From an uncultured Chloroflexia bacterium (lineage in GTDB: Bacteria > Chloroflexota > Limnocylindria > Limnocylindrales > CSP1-4), in contig CAWHDR010000001.1 in assembly GCA_963828165.1 (NCBI GenBank), positions 2,131,543 through 2,195,542 on the forward strand: a stretch of DNA of 64,000 bases. Reading direction: 5' to 3'. The position numbers and the translations under genes are program-made. The notes beneath the pieces were generated by a model that worked only from the letters and a program-made list of their open reading frames with translations, was not told the origin of the DNA and searched no databases. Below, piece by piece: positions 37,501-47,304 of the stretch (its first letter is position 1; each line of letters starts with the position of its first letter).

Positions 37501-37954
37501 CGCGAGCGAGGTCGGCTTCATCCCGCACAAGGGTGACGAGAAGGACCCGGGCCCCGATCGGTTCTTCAACCCCTCGCAGAACCCGGAGATCTGGCTCAAG
37601 CAGGGCGACCTGACGGTCTACACGTCACGTGCCGACGCGCAGGGGTACGTGGAGATCCGCTACCAGCGCCCGGACGACGACTACACCGGCTGGGGTCTGC
37701 ACCTCTGGGGAGACGCGATCGACCCGAGCGAGGGAACGACCTGGGAGGCGCCGAAACCACCGACGGCGATCGATGATTACGGGGCCTACTGGAAGGTCCT
37801 GATCGGCGACGCGACCCAGCCCGTCAACTTCATCGTTCATCAAGGGCGACGAGAAGGACACGGCCGAAGACCGCAGCTTCCTGCCGACGGAGAACGCGGA
37901 AGCCTGGCTCCAGTCCGGCGACTCCACGATCCACAGGACGCGCGGCTCCGCTGA
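34523..37954 (+). CDS. secreted GH13 alpha-amylase with N-terminal starch-binding-like modules and CBM41-like repeats (intact part of an amylase-pullulanase fusion)
   Basis: ATG 34523 behind GGAGG; signal peptide. Duplicated AGS(L/F)QSE(L/I)GCPGDW modules. GH13 regions DRFDNG, GGDIAGL, DIITNHT, GFRIDTAKH, FGEVF, FLGNHD. Then HYQRPAGDYDGWGFHFWGD and IRYQRPDDDYTGWGLHLWGD modules. The listed stop at 37954 is reached only because of an extra C at 37841. Confidence 0.85.
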   Translation: MRSPSGQARCAGVRSRLVALVGSVLLLAGLVPAATVVPVLASHTTAPTSVTIAGSLQSELGCPGDWQPECAATHLTYDPADSVWQGTFAVPSAAAPYEYKAAVNDTWDENYGANATFNGGNIGLTVGDANATKFYYSHDSHWVTSNRNAVIATAAGSFQSEIGCPGDWAPDCLRSWLQDRDGNGVYTFVTADIPAGDYEFKVALAEAWDTSYPADNVAFSVASGNTVTFTYTASTNEVAVDVEGDDPPDPADEALALRSLRDDLTEEVFYFVMPDRFDNGNAANDEGSLTGDRMTTGLDATDKGFYHGGDIAGLLERLDYIESLGTTAVWMAPIFKNRPVQGSAADASAGYHGYWTTDYTQIDPHFGTNAELEAFVDAAHGRGIKVFFDIITNHTADVIDHEEGTYTYRNKATFPYVDADGNEFDDRDHAGSDTFPPLDLDSFPYSPIFRTTADATVKAPAWLNDRTMYHNRGDSTFVGENSEYGDFFGLDDLFTERPEVVDGMVDIFETWVTDVGIDGFRIDTAKHVNIEFWQEFGPAIQAHAASEGNDDFFMFGEVFDSNPAFMSRYTTEGKLQATLDFGFQARAQTFAANSAATDNLRDLFALDDHYTDVDSNAYSLPTFLGNHDMGRIGRFIAEANPGASDDELLARDQLAHALMYLVRGMPVVYYGDEQGLTGDGGDKDARQDMMPSQVTSYNDDDLIGTSATTADANFDEAHPLYAFLGDLAALKADHAALRDGAQVHRYSTSEAGIYAFSRIDADEGIEYVVALNNAETAKTQTIQTYSADAGFSGLWPSGLGDLTSNGSGQITITVPPLSAVVYRADAALAADSQAPGITLAAPPDGATVVGKVEVGATLADPEFAEVTFAAKVGDATEWSVIGTDDNAPYRVFYDTSGLAEGTDLAFKAVVRDAAGNVDSDTGSAVVGAVEPPPSGGGTPDYAVVHYQRPAGDYDGWGFHFWGDIDQTVEWTSPVPLAGEDAYGPFAWVKLLPNASEVGFIPHKGDEKDPGPDRFFNPSQNPEIWLKQGDLTVYTSRADAQGYVEIRYQRPDDDYTGWGLHLWGDAIDPSEGTTWEAPKPPTAIDDYGAYWKVLIGDATQPVNFIVHQGRREGHGRRPQLPADGERGSLAPVRRLHDPQDARLR

Positions 37955-40900
37955 GGACTTCGCCGTCATCCACTATCACCGCTCGGATGGCGATTACGGT
38001 GACGCAACCTCCACCGACTTCGCCGACTTCTGGGGCCTCCATACGTGGGCCGGGCACCTCGACCCGGATCCGGAGTGGACGGCACCGATCAAGCCTGCCG
38101 GAACCGATCGCTTCGGTCCGTTCTTCGAACTGGACCTCGACGATGGCGCGACCGAGCTTGCCTACATCCTCCACCGCGGCGACACGAAGGATCCCGGCCC
38201 CGACCAGTCCCTGGATCTCGTTACCATCGGGCACGAGGTCTGGTACCTGTCCGGGCATACGGACGCCGACCAGGTGGCCAAGTACCTGCTGCCCATCCAG
38301 GCCGGCTCGGGCACGGACGCCAACCTGTCGCGCCAGAAGGCCCACTGGCTGACCGAGAACACGATCGCCTGGGACATCGAGCCGCTGCCCGGCGGCGAGT
38401 ACGCCGCTCCACTACGCGCCCGATGGCGGCCTTGCCGTCGCGGGAGGGATCACCGGAGGGGAAGACGATCCCGCTGGCCCGTGTCGCGACCGGCCTCACG
38501 GCCGAGCTCAAGGCGAAGTGGCCGCACCTCGCCGACTACGAGGCGTTCCGCATCGCCGCGGGCGACCTCGATGCGGTCCCTGAGGCGCTGAAGGGCCAGC
38601 TGGCTGTCTCCGCGACCGACGCGGAGGGCAGTCTGCGCATCGCGACCGGGGTCCAGATCCCGGGCGTCCTCGATGACCTGTACGCCAACGACGGCGCCCT
38701 GGGCGTCGCGTGGGCCGGCACCGTGCCGACGGTCCGCATCTGGGCACCCACCGCGAAGTCCGTCGCCCTGCGCCTCTACCCGGATGCCACGACGGCATCG
38801 TCCACGACGCATGCCATGACCCGCGACGACGCGACGGGCGTCTGGAGCGTGACCGGCACCGCCGCCTGGAAGAACCAGTTCTACCTCTACGACGTGGAGG
38901 TCTTCGCTCCATCGACCGGACAGGTCGAGCACAACCTCGTCACCGACCCGTACTCGCTGGCGCTGGCCACGCAACTCCACTCGCACCCAGATCGTCAACC
39001 TGTCCGACGCCAGCGCTCCGGCCGGCAGGCTGGTCCACGCTACACGAAGCCCGGCCAGCGGTGCGCCGGAAGGCATCTCGCTCTACGAGCTCCACGTCCG
39101 TGACTTCTCCATCAACGACGCGACGGTGCCGGCCGCGGAGCGCGGCACGTACGCCGCGTTCACGCGGACCACGGCCGCTGACGGCATGCAGTCACCTCCG
39201 GGCCCTCGCGAACGCCGGGCCTGACCCATGTCCACCTCCTGCCGGTCTTCGACATCGCGACCGTGGACGAGGACCGCTCGACGCACCTGGTACCGCCGTG
39301 CGACCTCGCCGAGCTTCCCGCGCGACTCGGCGGAGCAGCAGGCCTGCATCGCGCAGGTCCGCGCCCAGGACGGCTTCAACTGGGGCTACGACCCGTGGCA
39401 CTACACGGCGCCCGAGGGCAGCTACGCGACGAACCCCCAGGGCGCGGCGCGCGAACGACCGAGTTCCGCGCGATGGTCAAGTCGCTCAACGACGACCGGG
39501 CTGCGGGTCGTCATGGACGTGGTCTACAACCACACGAATGCGGCCGGCCAGGCCGAGAAGTCGGTGCTCGATCGGATCGTGCCCGGCTACTACCACCGGC
39601 TGCTCGAGGACGGCACGCTGGCCAACTCGACCTGCTGCGCGAACACCGCGACCGAGCACGCCGATGATGGAGAAGCTCATGGTCGACTCGATCGTGACGT
39701 GGGCACGCGACTACAAGGTCGATGGCTTCCGCTTCGACCTGATGGGCCACCACTCCGAAGGCCGAACCTGCTCGCCGTCCGCGCGCGCGCTCGACGAGCT
39801 GACCCTTGCCGCGGACGGCGTCGATGGCTCGAAGATCTATCTCTACGGCGAGGGCTGGAACTTCGGCGAGGTCGCGAACGACGCTCGCTTCGTCCAGGCC
39901 ACGCAGACGAACATGGACGGCACGGGGATCGGCACGTTCAACGACCGGCTGCGCGACGCCGTCCGTGGCGGTGGCCCATTCGACGCCGACCACCGCGTCA
40001 ACCAGGGGTTCGCAAGCGGTCTGTACACCGATCCGAACGGCGTCGAGCACGATGTCCCCGGAGGAGCAGCGCCAGCGGCTGTTGCTGCTCCAGGATCAGA
40101 TCAAGGTCGGCCTGACGCGGCAACCTCCAGGACTTCGAGTTCGTCGACCGGACCGGCGCGACCGTGACCGGTGCGGAGGTCGACTACAACGGCTCGCCCG
40201 CGGGCTACACCGAGCGACCCGCAGGAGGCCATCACCTACGTCGAGGCGCACGACAACGAGACGCTCTTCGATGCACTCGCCTACAAGCTCCCGCAGGACA
40301 CCTCGAGAAGCGACCGGCGCGCGCGCCCACGATCGTGGGCCTGAGCACCGTCGCATTCGGGCAGGGTCATGCCGTTCTTCCATGCCGGCACCGAGCTGTT
40401 GCGATCGAAGTCGCTCGACCGGAACAGCTACGACTCCGGCGACTGGTTCAACCGCGATCTTCTGGAACAAGACGGACAACAACTTCGGCGTCGGCCTCCC
40501 GCGCGAGGACGACAACGGATCGGCGTGGCCGATCATCGGGCCGATCCTGGCCAACGCCTCGATCGATCCGGCTGCAGGCCGACATCGAGTGGACGAACGA
40601 GCGCGTTCAAGGACCTGCTGCGGATCCGCCGTTCCTCGGCGCTCTTCCGGCTCGGTACCGCGGAGGCGATCGAGCAGCGGCTGACGTTCGCGAACGCGTG
40701 GCCCCGACCAGATCCCAGGGTTGATCGTGATGCGCATCTCGGACAACGTCGGCGCCGACCTCGACCGCAACGCCAAGTCGCTGGTGATCATCTTCAACGG
40801 CAGCGACACGGGTCAGTCGATCAGCCTGGCCGACACGGTGAAGGGTCAGTTCAAGCTGCACCAGGTCCAGCAGACCTCGGACGACGACGTCGTCCTGACC

Positions 40901-41029
40901 TCCAAGTTCAGCCAGAAGACGGGCACGTTCTTCGTGCCCGCGCTCACCACGGCCGTCTTCGTGGAGCATCAGCCGGGGCCCCCGTCAGGGCAGCTGAACC
41001 GTTCGTTCCTGGGTGTCGGTGGGTCGTGA
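37842..41029 (+). pseudogene. pullulanase (GH13 debranching) half of the fusion, about 24 frame breaks (pseudogene or assembly indels)
   Basis: Continues ...IVHKGDEKD in the +1 frame with a third CBM41-like module (IHYHRSDGDYGD..FWGLHTW). Then come pullulanase motifs scattered over all frames: [119 protein letters not shown]. Confidence 0.8.
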
Positions 41030-41301
41030 CTGCGGCCCACCGCAGCAGACCCCACCTAACGTCCCAGTACCGCCCCTGACCTTCGACCCATCCAGTTCGG
41101 GAAGCAGGCCGTCTAGACTGGTCGTTGGCGGTTGGGTTGCCCCTCGGGGTATCATCCCCCGAAGCCGGAACTCTGATCGTCGTCCTGCGGCATGTGCCCG
41201 TCAATGGACGTCGGCACCGGCGGGCTAACCGTCGACCGCGCCACGGCCCCAGCCAGGCGCCGACCAACGGAGTTTGCTCGCACGATGACGCCGCCCAGGT
41301 G

Positions 41302-42696
41302 ATGCCCCGCACCATTCGCCCTGACACGGGCCGTCCCGGACCCACTGGCTGGTCGAACCCGGTCGGCGTTCGCCGCGCACGTCGCTCGAGCCGTGGCCTG
41401 CACGCCCTCGTGCTGATGATCCCTCTGCTCGTGGGCATGCTGGGCGCGTCCGTCTCGCCCCAGGTCGCACGCGGCGATGAGCTGTCCGACGCCAAGGCGA
41501 AGTCGGCGCAGCTCAAGAAGCAGGTCGCGGAGCAGAAGGCCCGCGTCGCCGCGCTCAACGACCTCCAGGCCGGTCTCGCGGCCGAGATCGCCGATACGAA
41601 GAACCAGCTCCGGGCGATCGGCGCCGACCTGACCGCGGTCAAGAAGAAGATCGTGAAGATGGAAGCGCGGATCGTGGTGGTCAAGGCGGCCTACGCCGAC
41701 CTCGTCGAGCAGGTCAAGCAGATGGACGCCCAGCTCACGCTCGTGATCGCCCAGGAGGCGGCCAAGCGGGTCGAGCTCACCGAACGCCGGGCGCTCCTGG
41801 CGGACCGCGTCCGCAATGCCTACGACACCGATCGGACGTCACCGCTCGAGACGTTCCTGTCGGGCGGCACCTTCACCGACATCCTCGCCGAGATGAGCTA
41901 CTACATCGATGTCGGGGAGCAGGATCAGGCGCTGGCCGACCAGATCACGCGCGACAAGGAAACACTCGCCGCGATGCACCAGACCGTCCTGGACACGCGC
42001 ATCCGGACGAACCTGCTGCGCCAGGAGACGGCGGCGCAGAAGCGGGCTCTCGACAAGAGCCTGCTCGAGCTCAAGGAAACCAAGAAGGAGCTCGCCAGGC
42101 TCCAGCGCGCCATCGCGAAGAACCTCGCCGCGCAGAAGGCCCGGTACGCCGCGGTCAAGCGCAGCAGGGCGAATGCAGCCGCGATCATCCGCAGGGCCGC
42201 CGCGGATCAGCGGCGCCTCGCCAAGGAGATCAACAGCCTCATCGCTCGGCAGGTCTCGCGCGGCAACATCCCCTCGAAGTTCAACGGGACGATGCGCTGG
42301 CCGATGGACGACTTCAACATCAGCGGCAACTACGGCTGCAGTTCCTTCGCCTACTACGCGCCGGGTAACGGGTGTGCGCACTATCACAACGGGATCGATC
42401 TCGTGGCGCCCTACGGCACCAAGGTCAAGGCCGCCGCCGCCGGGACGGTCGTCTATGTCGGCTGGAACTGGGCGGACGGCGCCGACCCTGCGTGGGTCGT
42501 CGTGATCGCGCATTCGGGCTCGCTCAAGACCTGGTACGCCCACATGCAGCCCAAACGCCCCGTGTCGGTCGGCGAGACCGTCAAGAAGGGCGAGCTCATC
42601 GGGTACGAAGGCAGCACCGGCAACTCGACCGGCGCCCATCTCCATTGGATGGTCGAGTTCAACGGCACGTTCGTGAACCCGCGCCTGTTCCTGTAG
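41302..42696 (+). CDS. M23 family peptidoglycan metalloendopeptidase with long coiled-coil
   Basis: ATG 41302 within ORF 41125..; TM/signal; heptad-rich region (KAKSAQLKKQVAEQKARVAALNDL...). C-terminal HYHNGIDL and GSTGNSTGAHLHW metal-ligand motifs. Confidence 0.85.
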   Translation: MPRTIRPDTGRPGPTGWSNPVGVRRARRSSRGLHALVLMIPLLVGMLGASVSPQVARGDELSDAKAKSAQLKKQVAEQKARVAALNDLQAGLAAEIADTKNQLRAIGADLTAVKKKIVKMEARIVVVKAAYADLVEQVKQMDAQLTLVIAQEAAKRVELTERRALLADRVRNAYDTDRTSPLETFLSGGTFTDILAEMSYYIDVGEQDQALADQITRDKETLAAMHQTVLDTRIRTNLLRQETAAQKRALDKSLLELKETKKELARLQRAIAKNLAAQKARYAAVKRSRANAAAIIRRAAADQRRLAKEINSLIARQVSRGNIPSKFNGTMRWPMDDFNISGNYGCSSFAYYAPGNGCAHYHNGIDLVAPYGTKVKAAAAGTVVYVGWNWADGADPAWVVVIAHSGSLKTWYAHMQPKRPVSVGETVKKGELIGYEGSTGNSTGAHLHWMVEFNGTFVNPRLFL

Positions 42697-42819
42697 CGGA
42701 CCGGCTCGCCCCGGGTCGAACGTTCACGCAGCCTTGACCAGGCGAAACAGGTTCCCCCGCACCTCGCGTGCTAGCATCGCGACTCGGAACCCATCGACGT
42801 CGGGAGGCGGATCCGGACC

Positions 42820-44196
42820 GTGAAGCGGACCATGGCGATCATCCTTGCGGGCGGAGAAGGCGAGCGCCTCTCGATCCTGTCGCAGGAGCGCGCGAAGCCC
42901 GCCGTCCCGTTCGGTGGCAAGTACCGGATCATCGATTTCACGCTGTCCAACTGCGTCAACTCGGACATCCACGACGTCGTCGTGCTGACCCAGTACAACC
43001 CGCGCTCGCTGAACGACCACATCGGCCTGGGCCGCCCGTGGGACCTCGACCGCAACCAGGGCGGGGTGAAGCTGCTCCAGCCGTACATCGCCCGGGGCAA
43101 GGTCGCCGAGTGGTATCGCGGGACCGCCGACGCCGTCCTGCGCAACATGAACGTGGTCGAGCACGACCCCTCGGACGTCGTCGTGGTCCTGGCCGGCGAT
43201 CACATCTACAAGATGGACTACCAGCCGTTCATCGCCGCGCATCGGCGCCGGCGCGCGGACGTGACCATCGCGGTGCGGCGCGTGCCGCTGGCCGAAGCGT
43301 CGCGGATGGGCATCCTGGCCCTCGACGACGCCGACCGGGTCACCGAATGGCAGGAGAAGCCCAAGCAGCCCAAGAGCGACCTGGCCTCGATGGGCGTCTA
43401 CGTGTTCTCGAAGAAAGCCCTGCGCCGGTGGCTGTCCGAGGACCGCGTCGACTTCGGCCGCCACATCATCCCGGCGATGCTCGAGGCCAACGCTCGGGTC
43501 TTCGGCTACCGCTACAACGGCTACTGGCAGGACGTCGGCACCATCCAGTCGTTCTGGGAGGCCAACATGGCGCTCCTCGTCGACGACCCGGAGCTCGACC
43601 TCTACGACAAGGACTGGCTGATCCATACGCGCTCCGAGGAGCGTGCCCCGGCCAAGGTCGGGCCCACGGCCCAGGTTCATCGGTCGATGATCAGCCACGG
43701 CTGCGTCATCAACGGCACGGTCGTGAACTCGGTGCTGTCGCCTGGCGTGCGCGTGGATGTCGGTGCCGTCGTCCGCGATTCGATCGTCATGTTCGACTCG
43801 GTCATCCGGTCGGGTGCCGTGGTCGATCGGTCGATCCTCGACAAGGAGGTCGTCGTCGGGCCGGGCGCGATCGTCGGTGACGGCCCGTTCCCGGACAAGC
43901 CCAACAAGATCGAGCCGAGCCGACTGAACACCGGCATCACGGTCGTCGGCAAGCGTTCGGTCATCCCCCGCGGCGCGCGTATCGGGCGCAACGTGAAGGT
44001 CGCGGCGGACGTTCGTGCGCCCGATTTCGTGAAGCGCGTCATCAAGAGCGGCGAATCCGTGGAGCCTCGTCCCGCGAAGCGCACGAAGACCGTGCGCGAC
44101 GTCGTAGCGCCGATCCCCGAGATCGTCGCACCGCGCGGGGTCGCCAGTGGCGGACGCGCCAGTGGCGCACGCGGCAAGGGCGGCAGCGCGAGCTGA
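42820..44196 (+). CDS. glgC: glucose-1-phosphate adenylyltransferase
   Basis: [43 protein letters not shown], then left-handed beta-helix repeats. About 60 aa of basic C-terminal extension. GTG 42820 (or ATG 42832). Confidence 0.9.
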   Translation: MKRTMAIILAGGEGERLSILSQERAKPAVPFGGKYRIIDFTLSNCVNSDIHDVVVLTQYNPRSLNDHIGLGRPWDLDRNQGGVKLLQPYIARGKVAEWYRGTADAVLRNMNVVEHDPSDVVVVLAGDHIYKMDYQPFIAAHRRRRADVTIAVRRVPLAEASRMGILALDDADRVTEWQEKPKQPKSDLASMGVYVFSKKALRRWLSEDRVDFGRHIIPAMLEANARVFGYRYNGYWQDVGTIQSFWEANMALLVDDPELDLYDKDWLIHTRSEERAPAKVGPTAQVHRSMISHGCVINGTVVNSVLSPGVRVDVGAVVRDSIVMFDSVIRSGAVVDRSILDKEVVVGPGAIVGDGPFPDKPNKIEPSRLNTGITVVGKRSVIPRGARIGRNVKVAADVRAPDFVKRVIKSGESVEPRPAKRTKTVRDVVAPIPEIVAPRGVASGGRASGARGKGGSAS

Positions 44197-44284
44197 TCCG
44201 ACGGTCCGTTCGGCCGCGCGAGTCTGCGATCCGACGGTCCGTTCGGCCCGCGCGAGCTGATCCGACGGTCCGTTCGGCCGCGAC
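44187..44284. repeat. 31-33-bp tandem repeat x3 that begins with the last codons and stop of glgC
   Basis: GATCCGACGGTCCGTTCGGCC at 44195, 44228 and 44259, each preceded by GCGAG(C/TC)TG. Each unit can form a bulged hairpin CCGACGG/CCGTTCGG. Confidence 0.8.
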
Positions 44285-44343
44285 TCGAGTCGGCGGCCAG
44301 GTTCGTGGATCATGGGCGCATTGGCAGGGCCGATCGGCGTTTG

Positions 44344-44551
44344 GGCCGATGTATGCGTGCGGATTCACTGCAGGTGAACGCTGACGAAGGCAAGGGTCCC
44401 TCGCACCGCGTGTAGCTGCGCCTGAAGGCAAATCCTTCACGGCGGGTGAAGGGTCGGACACGAAAGGGCAGGCGGCGCGCGGACAGAGCCATTTCGACTC
44501 GCAAACGTTCACCCACGCAGAATCCAATTCGGGCTGATGAGCTGATCGGCC
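44344..44551. repeat. diverged third copy of the long palindromic element (copy C)
   Basis: GGATTCACTGCAGGTGAACGCTGACG (44361-) versus the reverse complement of 44491-44525, GGATTCTGCGTGGGTGAACGTTTGCG. Outer GGCCGAT/ATCGGCC (44344-50 / 44545-51). Shares the G-GAACG-T core with copies A and B but is otherwise weakly similar. Confidence 0.35.
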
Positions 44552-44585
44552 GCGAATCCCCGCGGGTGGGCTAGACTCCGCGGGC

Positions 44586-45167
44586 ATGTCATCCGCCGAC
44601 CCCGGTGCACCCACCGTGCACCCGGCCGACGTCGAGCGCTGGCTCGCTGACCTCGGCCTGGAGCCGGTCGAGCGAGCCGATCGTGACGGGATCACCAGCT
44701 GGGACCTCGTGCTCGACGGCCGTCGCCGCTTCGATCTCCGCGTGACGGTGATCCTGGACCCGTCGCTCGCGCTCATCTGCTGGGCGCATTTCGCTCCCCC
44801 GATCAACGACATGTTCCGCAAGTCGTATCGGAAGCTGCTGCGCTGGAACGACGAATTCCCGTTCGCGAAATTCAGCGTCGGGGAAGACGAGCGGCCGCTG
44901 CTGGCCGTGGAGCTGCCGATCGAGACCCTGGCTGCGGCGGACGGAGAGGACTCCCTTGGCCTCGCCCTGACCCGGGTCGTGGGCATCGCCGACCGCCTGC
45001 TCGACGACTCGAAGTCGTGGCTGTGGATCGGCGGCCGCGCTCCCGATCAGGGCGCTCGAACACCACGCAACGCGGCCCTGCTCGATCGGTTCGCGGGCCG
45101 GTTGCCGGAGATCTTCGAGGACGCGCCCGCTGCGAGCGACGCCGACCCCACGGCGGTGTCGCGATGA
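44586..45167 (+). CDS. YbjN-like (putative sensory transduction/chaperone-fold) protein
   Basis: 193-aa acidic protein; overall pattern (WDLVLDG..RFDLRVTV..LICWAHF..LLRWNDEFPFAKFSV) resembles the YbjN/T3SS-chaperone-like family. Assignment is tentative. Confidence 0.55.
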   Translation: MSSADPGAPTVHPADVERWLADLGLEPVERADRDGITSWDLVLDGRRRFDLRVTVILDPSLALICWAHFAPPINDMFRKSYRKLLRWNDEFPFAKFSVGEDERPLLAVELPIETLAAADGEDSLGLALTRVVGIADRLLDDSKSWLWIGGRAPDQGARTPRNAALLDRFAGRLPEIFEDAPAASDADPTAVSR

Positions 45168-47192
45168 CCGCCCGGCGGCTCCCGATCCTCCTGCTGGCGT
45201 TCGTGGCCGCCGTCGGCCTGCTCGGTGCGCCGGTCGGGCCGACCGCCCCGACGGAGGTCCACGCCGCCGTCCAGCCGCTCCGGTTCACGAGCAACGCCCG
45301 CTACGACGTCCAGCCCAAGCAGCGCCGCGTCCGGGTGATCGTCGACCTGCGGATGACGAACCCGAGCAAGGACACGCCGACCACCGCCTACTACTACGAC
45401 AACGCCTTCGTCCAGGTCATGGCCGGGGCGAGCAGCTTCAAGGTCGACGGCCCGGGCTCCCCATCGGTTCGCGTCGTCAAGCGCAGCAAGCAGGACACCC
45501 AGCTGCGGATCGACTTCGGCGCGCCGGCTGACCAGCGGGAAGTCGGCCACATATCGCCTCACGTTCTATCTCAAGGACCCGGGTGGATCGGCGACCCGGG
45601 ACCTGCGGATCGGCGACTCGCTCGTGTCCTTTCCGGTGTGGGCATTCGCCACGCGGGCGACGCCCGGCAGCACCGTCACGGTCGTGTTTCCGAGAGGCTT
45701 CGACGTCGAGGTCGAGGCCGGGAAGATCGCGGCCCCGACGACCGAGGAGGACGGCCGGACGATCTTCCGTACCGGCAAGCTCGCCAAGCCCCTCGAGTTC
45801 TTCGCCTACCTCGTCGCCGATCGACCCGGCGCCTACCGTGACGACACCGTCGCCACCGACGTGCTGGGGGCGCCTGTACAGATCAACGTCCGGGCGTGGC
45901 AGGACGACGAGCCCTGGGCCAAGCGGATCAGCGGCCTGCTCGACGTGGGGTTGCCCGCGCTCGGCACCCGGATCGGCCTCGATTGGCCCGAGTATGCCCA
46001 GCCGCTCACGGTCCAGGAAGCGGTGAGCCGCACGACCGGTGGCTACGCGGGACTGTTCGACCCGAGTGCCGGCAAGGTGGAGATCGCGTACTACGCCGAC
46101 GATTTCGTCGTGCTCCACGAGGCGGCCCACGCCTGGTTCAACGGCTCGCTCCTCGCTGACCGCTGGGCGAACGAGGCGTTCGCGTCCTACTACGCGACGA
46201 TCGCTGCCGCCGACATCGACAAGAAGATCCGCGCTGACGAACTCACCGACGAGCTCGAGAAGTCAAGGATCCCGTTGAACGCCTGGGGACCGGTCGGCTC
46301 GGAGGACATCGCCGAGGAGGACTACGCGTATGCCGCCGCGCTGGCCCTCGCCAGGGCCGTCGCGAAACGAGCCGGCGACGAGGGCCTGCAAGCCGTGTGG
46401 CGCGATGCGCAGAGCGGCGTCGGCGCGTATCAGCCGGCCGGTGGTGGCGCCGCGGAGACGATCGAGACACCGCCGGATTGGCGTGGCCTGCTCGATCTGC
46501 TCGAGGAGCGGACGGACGCCACGTACGACGACTTGTGGCGGACGTGGGTCGCGCGCGCCACCGATCTGCCGCTGCTCGACGCGCGGGCCCAGACGCGCCA
46601 GCGCTACGACATGATGGTCGTGGCGGCCGGAGACTGGAACCTGCCCCGCCCGATCCGCGACGCTTTGCGGTCGTGGCGCTTCAGCGACGCGGCCGCGCTC
46701 CTGTCCGACGCCGAGGCCGCCCTGGCGGGGCGCGCGACGGTGACGAAGGCCGCGGCCGGCGCAGGCCTCATCGCGCCGGCCAGCCTCCGGCTCGCGTTCG
46801 AGGACGACGACGGCTTCGACGACTCGACGGCCGAGGCGGCTGCCGAGATCGACGTCATCGGGCGGTACGAGGCGGCGAGCGCGCTGCGACCGGCCGAGAT
46901 GACCCCGTTCCTGACCCTCGGCCTGTGGGGTCTGGCACCGGAGCAGGAGCTGGCTGAGGCCCGCGACGCCTTCGCGATGGGGGATCTGGCGGTATCGGCG
47001 GCCGCTTCCGATTGGGTCGCCACGACATGGGCCAACGCGGAATCGGTGGGGCAGAGCCGGGCGCTCAGCATCGGACTGATCGTGCTCGCTCTGATCTTCG
47101 CCCTCGCGGTGGTCATCGAAACGGCCCGCAGGCGTCGACGCCGACGACGCCGGCGACTGATCATGCAGGCCCGGCCTCACCTCGACCCCTGA
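45164..47192 (+). CDS. secreted gluzincin (M1-like) metallopeptidase with C-terminal TM anchor, one frame break (about 45521)
   Basis: ATG 45164 overlaps the upstream stop (ATGA); signal peptide. ...LRIDFG then, in the +1 frame, RRLTSGKSATYRLTFYLKD (ORF 45624..47192). HEAAHAWFNGSLLADRWANEAF zinc motif. C-terminal LSIGLIVLALIFALAVVI plus a poly-Arg run. Confidence 0.7.
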
Positions 47193-47304
47193 CCATTCCC
47201 TCGTCGGCGCATCGTCTACACTCCCGCCACGTCGGCCAGGGCGGTGCGTCGTCCCGGGGCGTCGGCAAGGTCCACCTACCTGTACCAGGAGCCGCGTCCG
47301 ACTG

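Noticed and set aside
37841-40720. Programmed ribosomal frameshifting as the explanation for the frame breaks
   Set aside because: There are far too many sites. None has a slippery heptamer or downstream structure, and the same phenomenon hits unrelated genes.
42724-44313. 529-aa ORF on the minus strand
   Set aside because: It is antisense to glgC and has no motifs.
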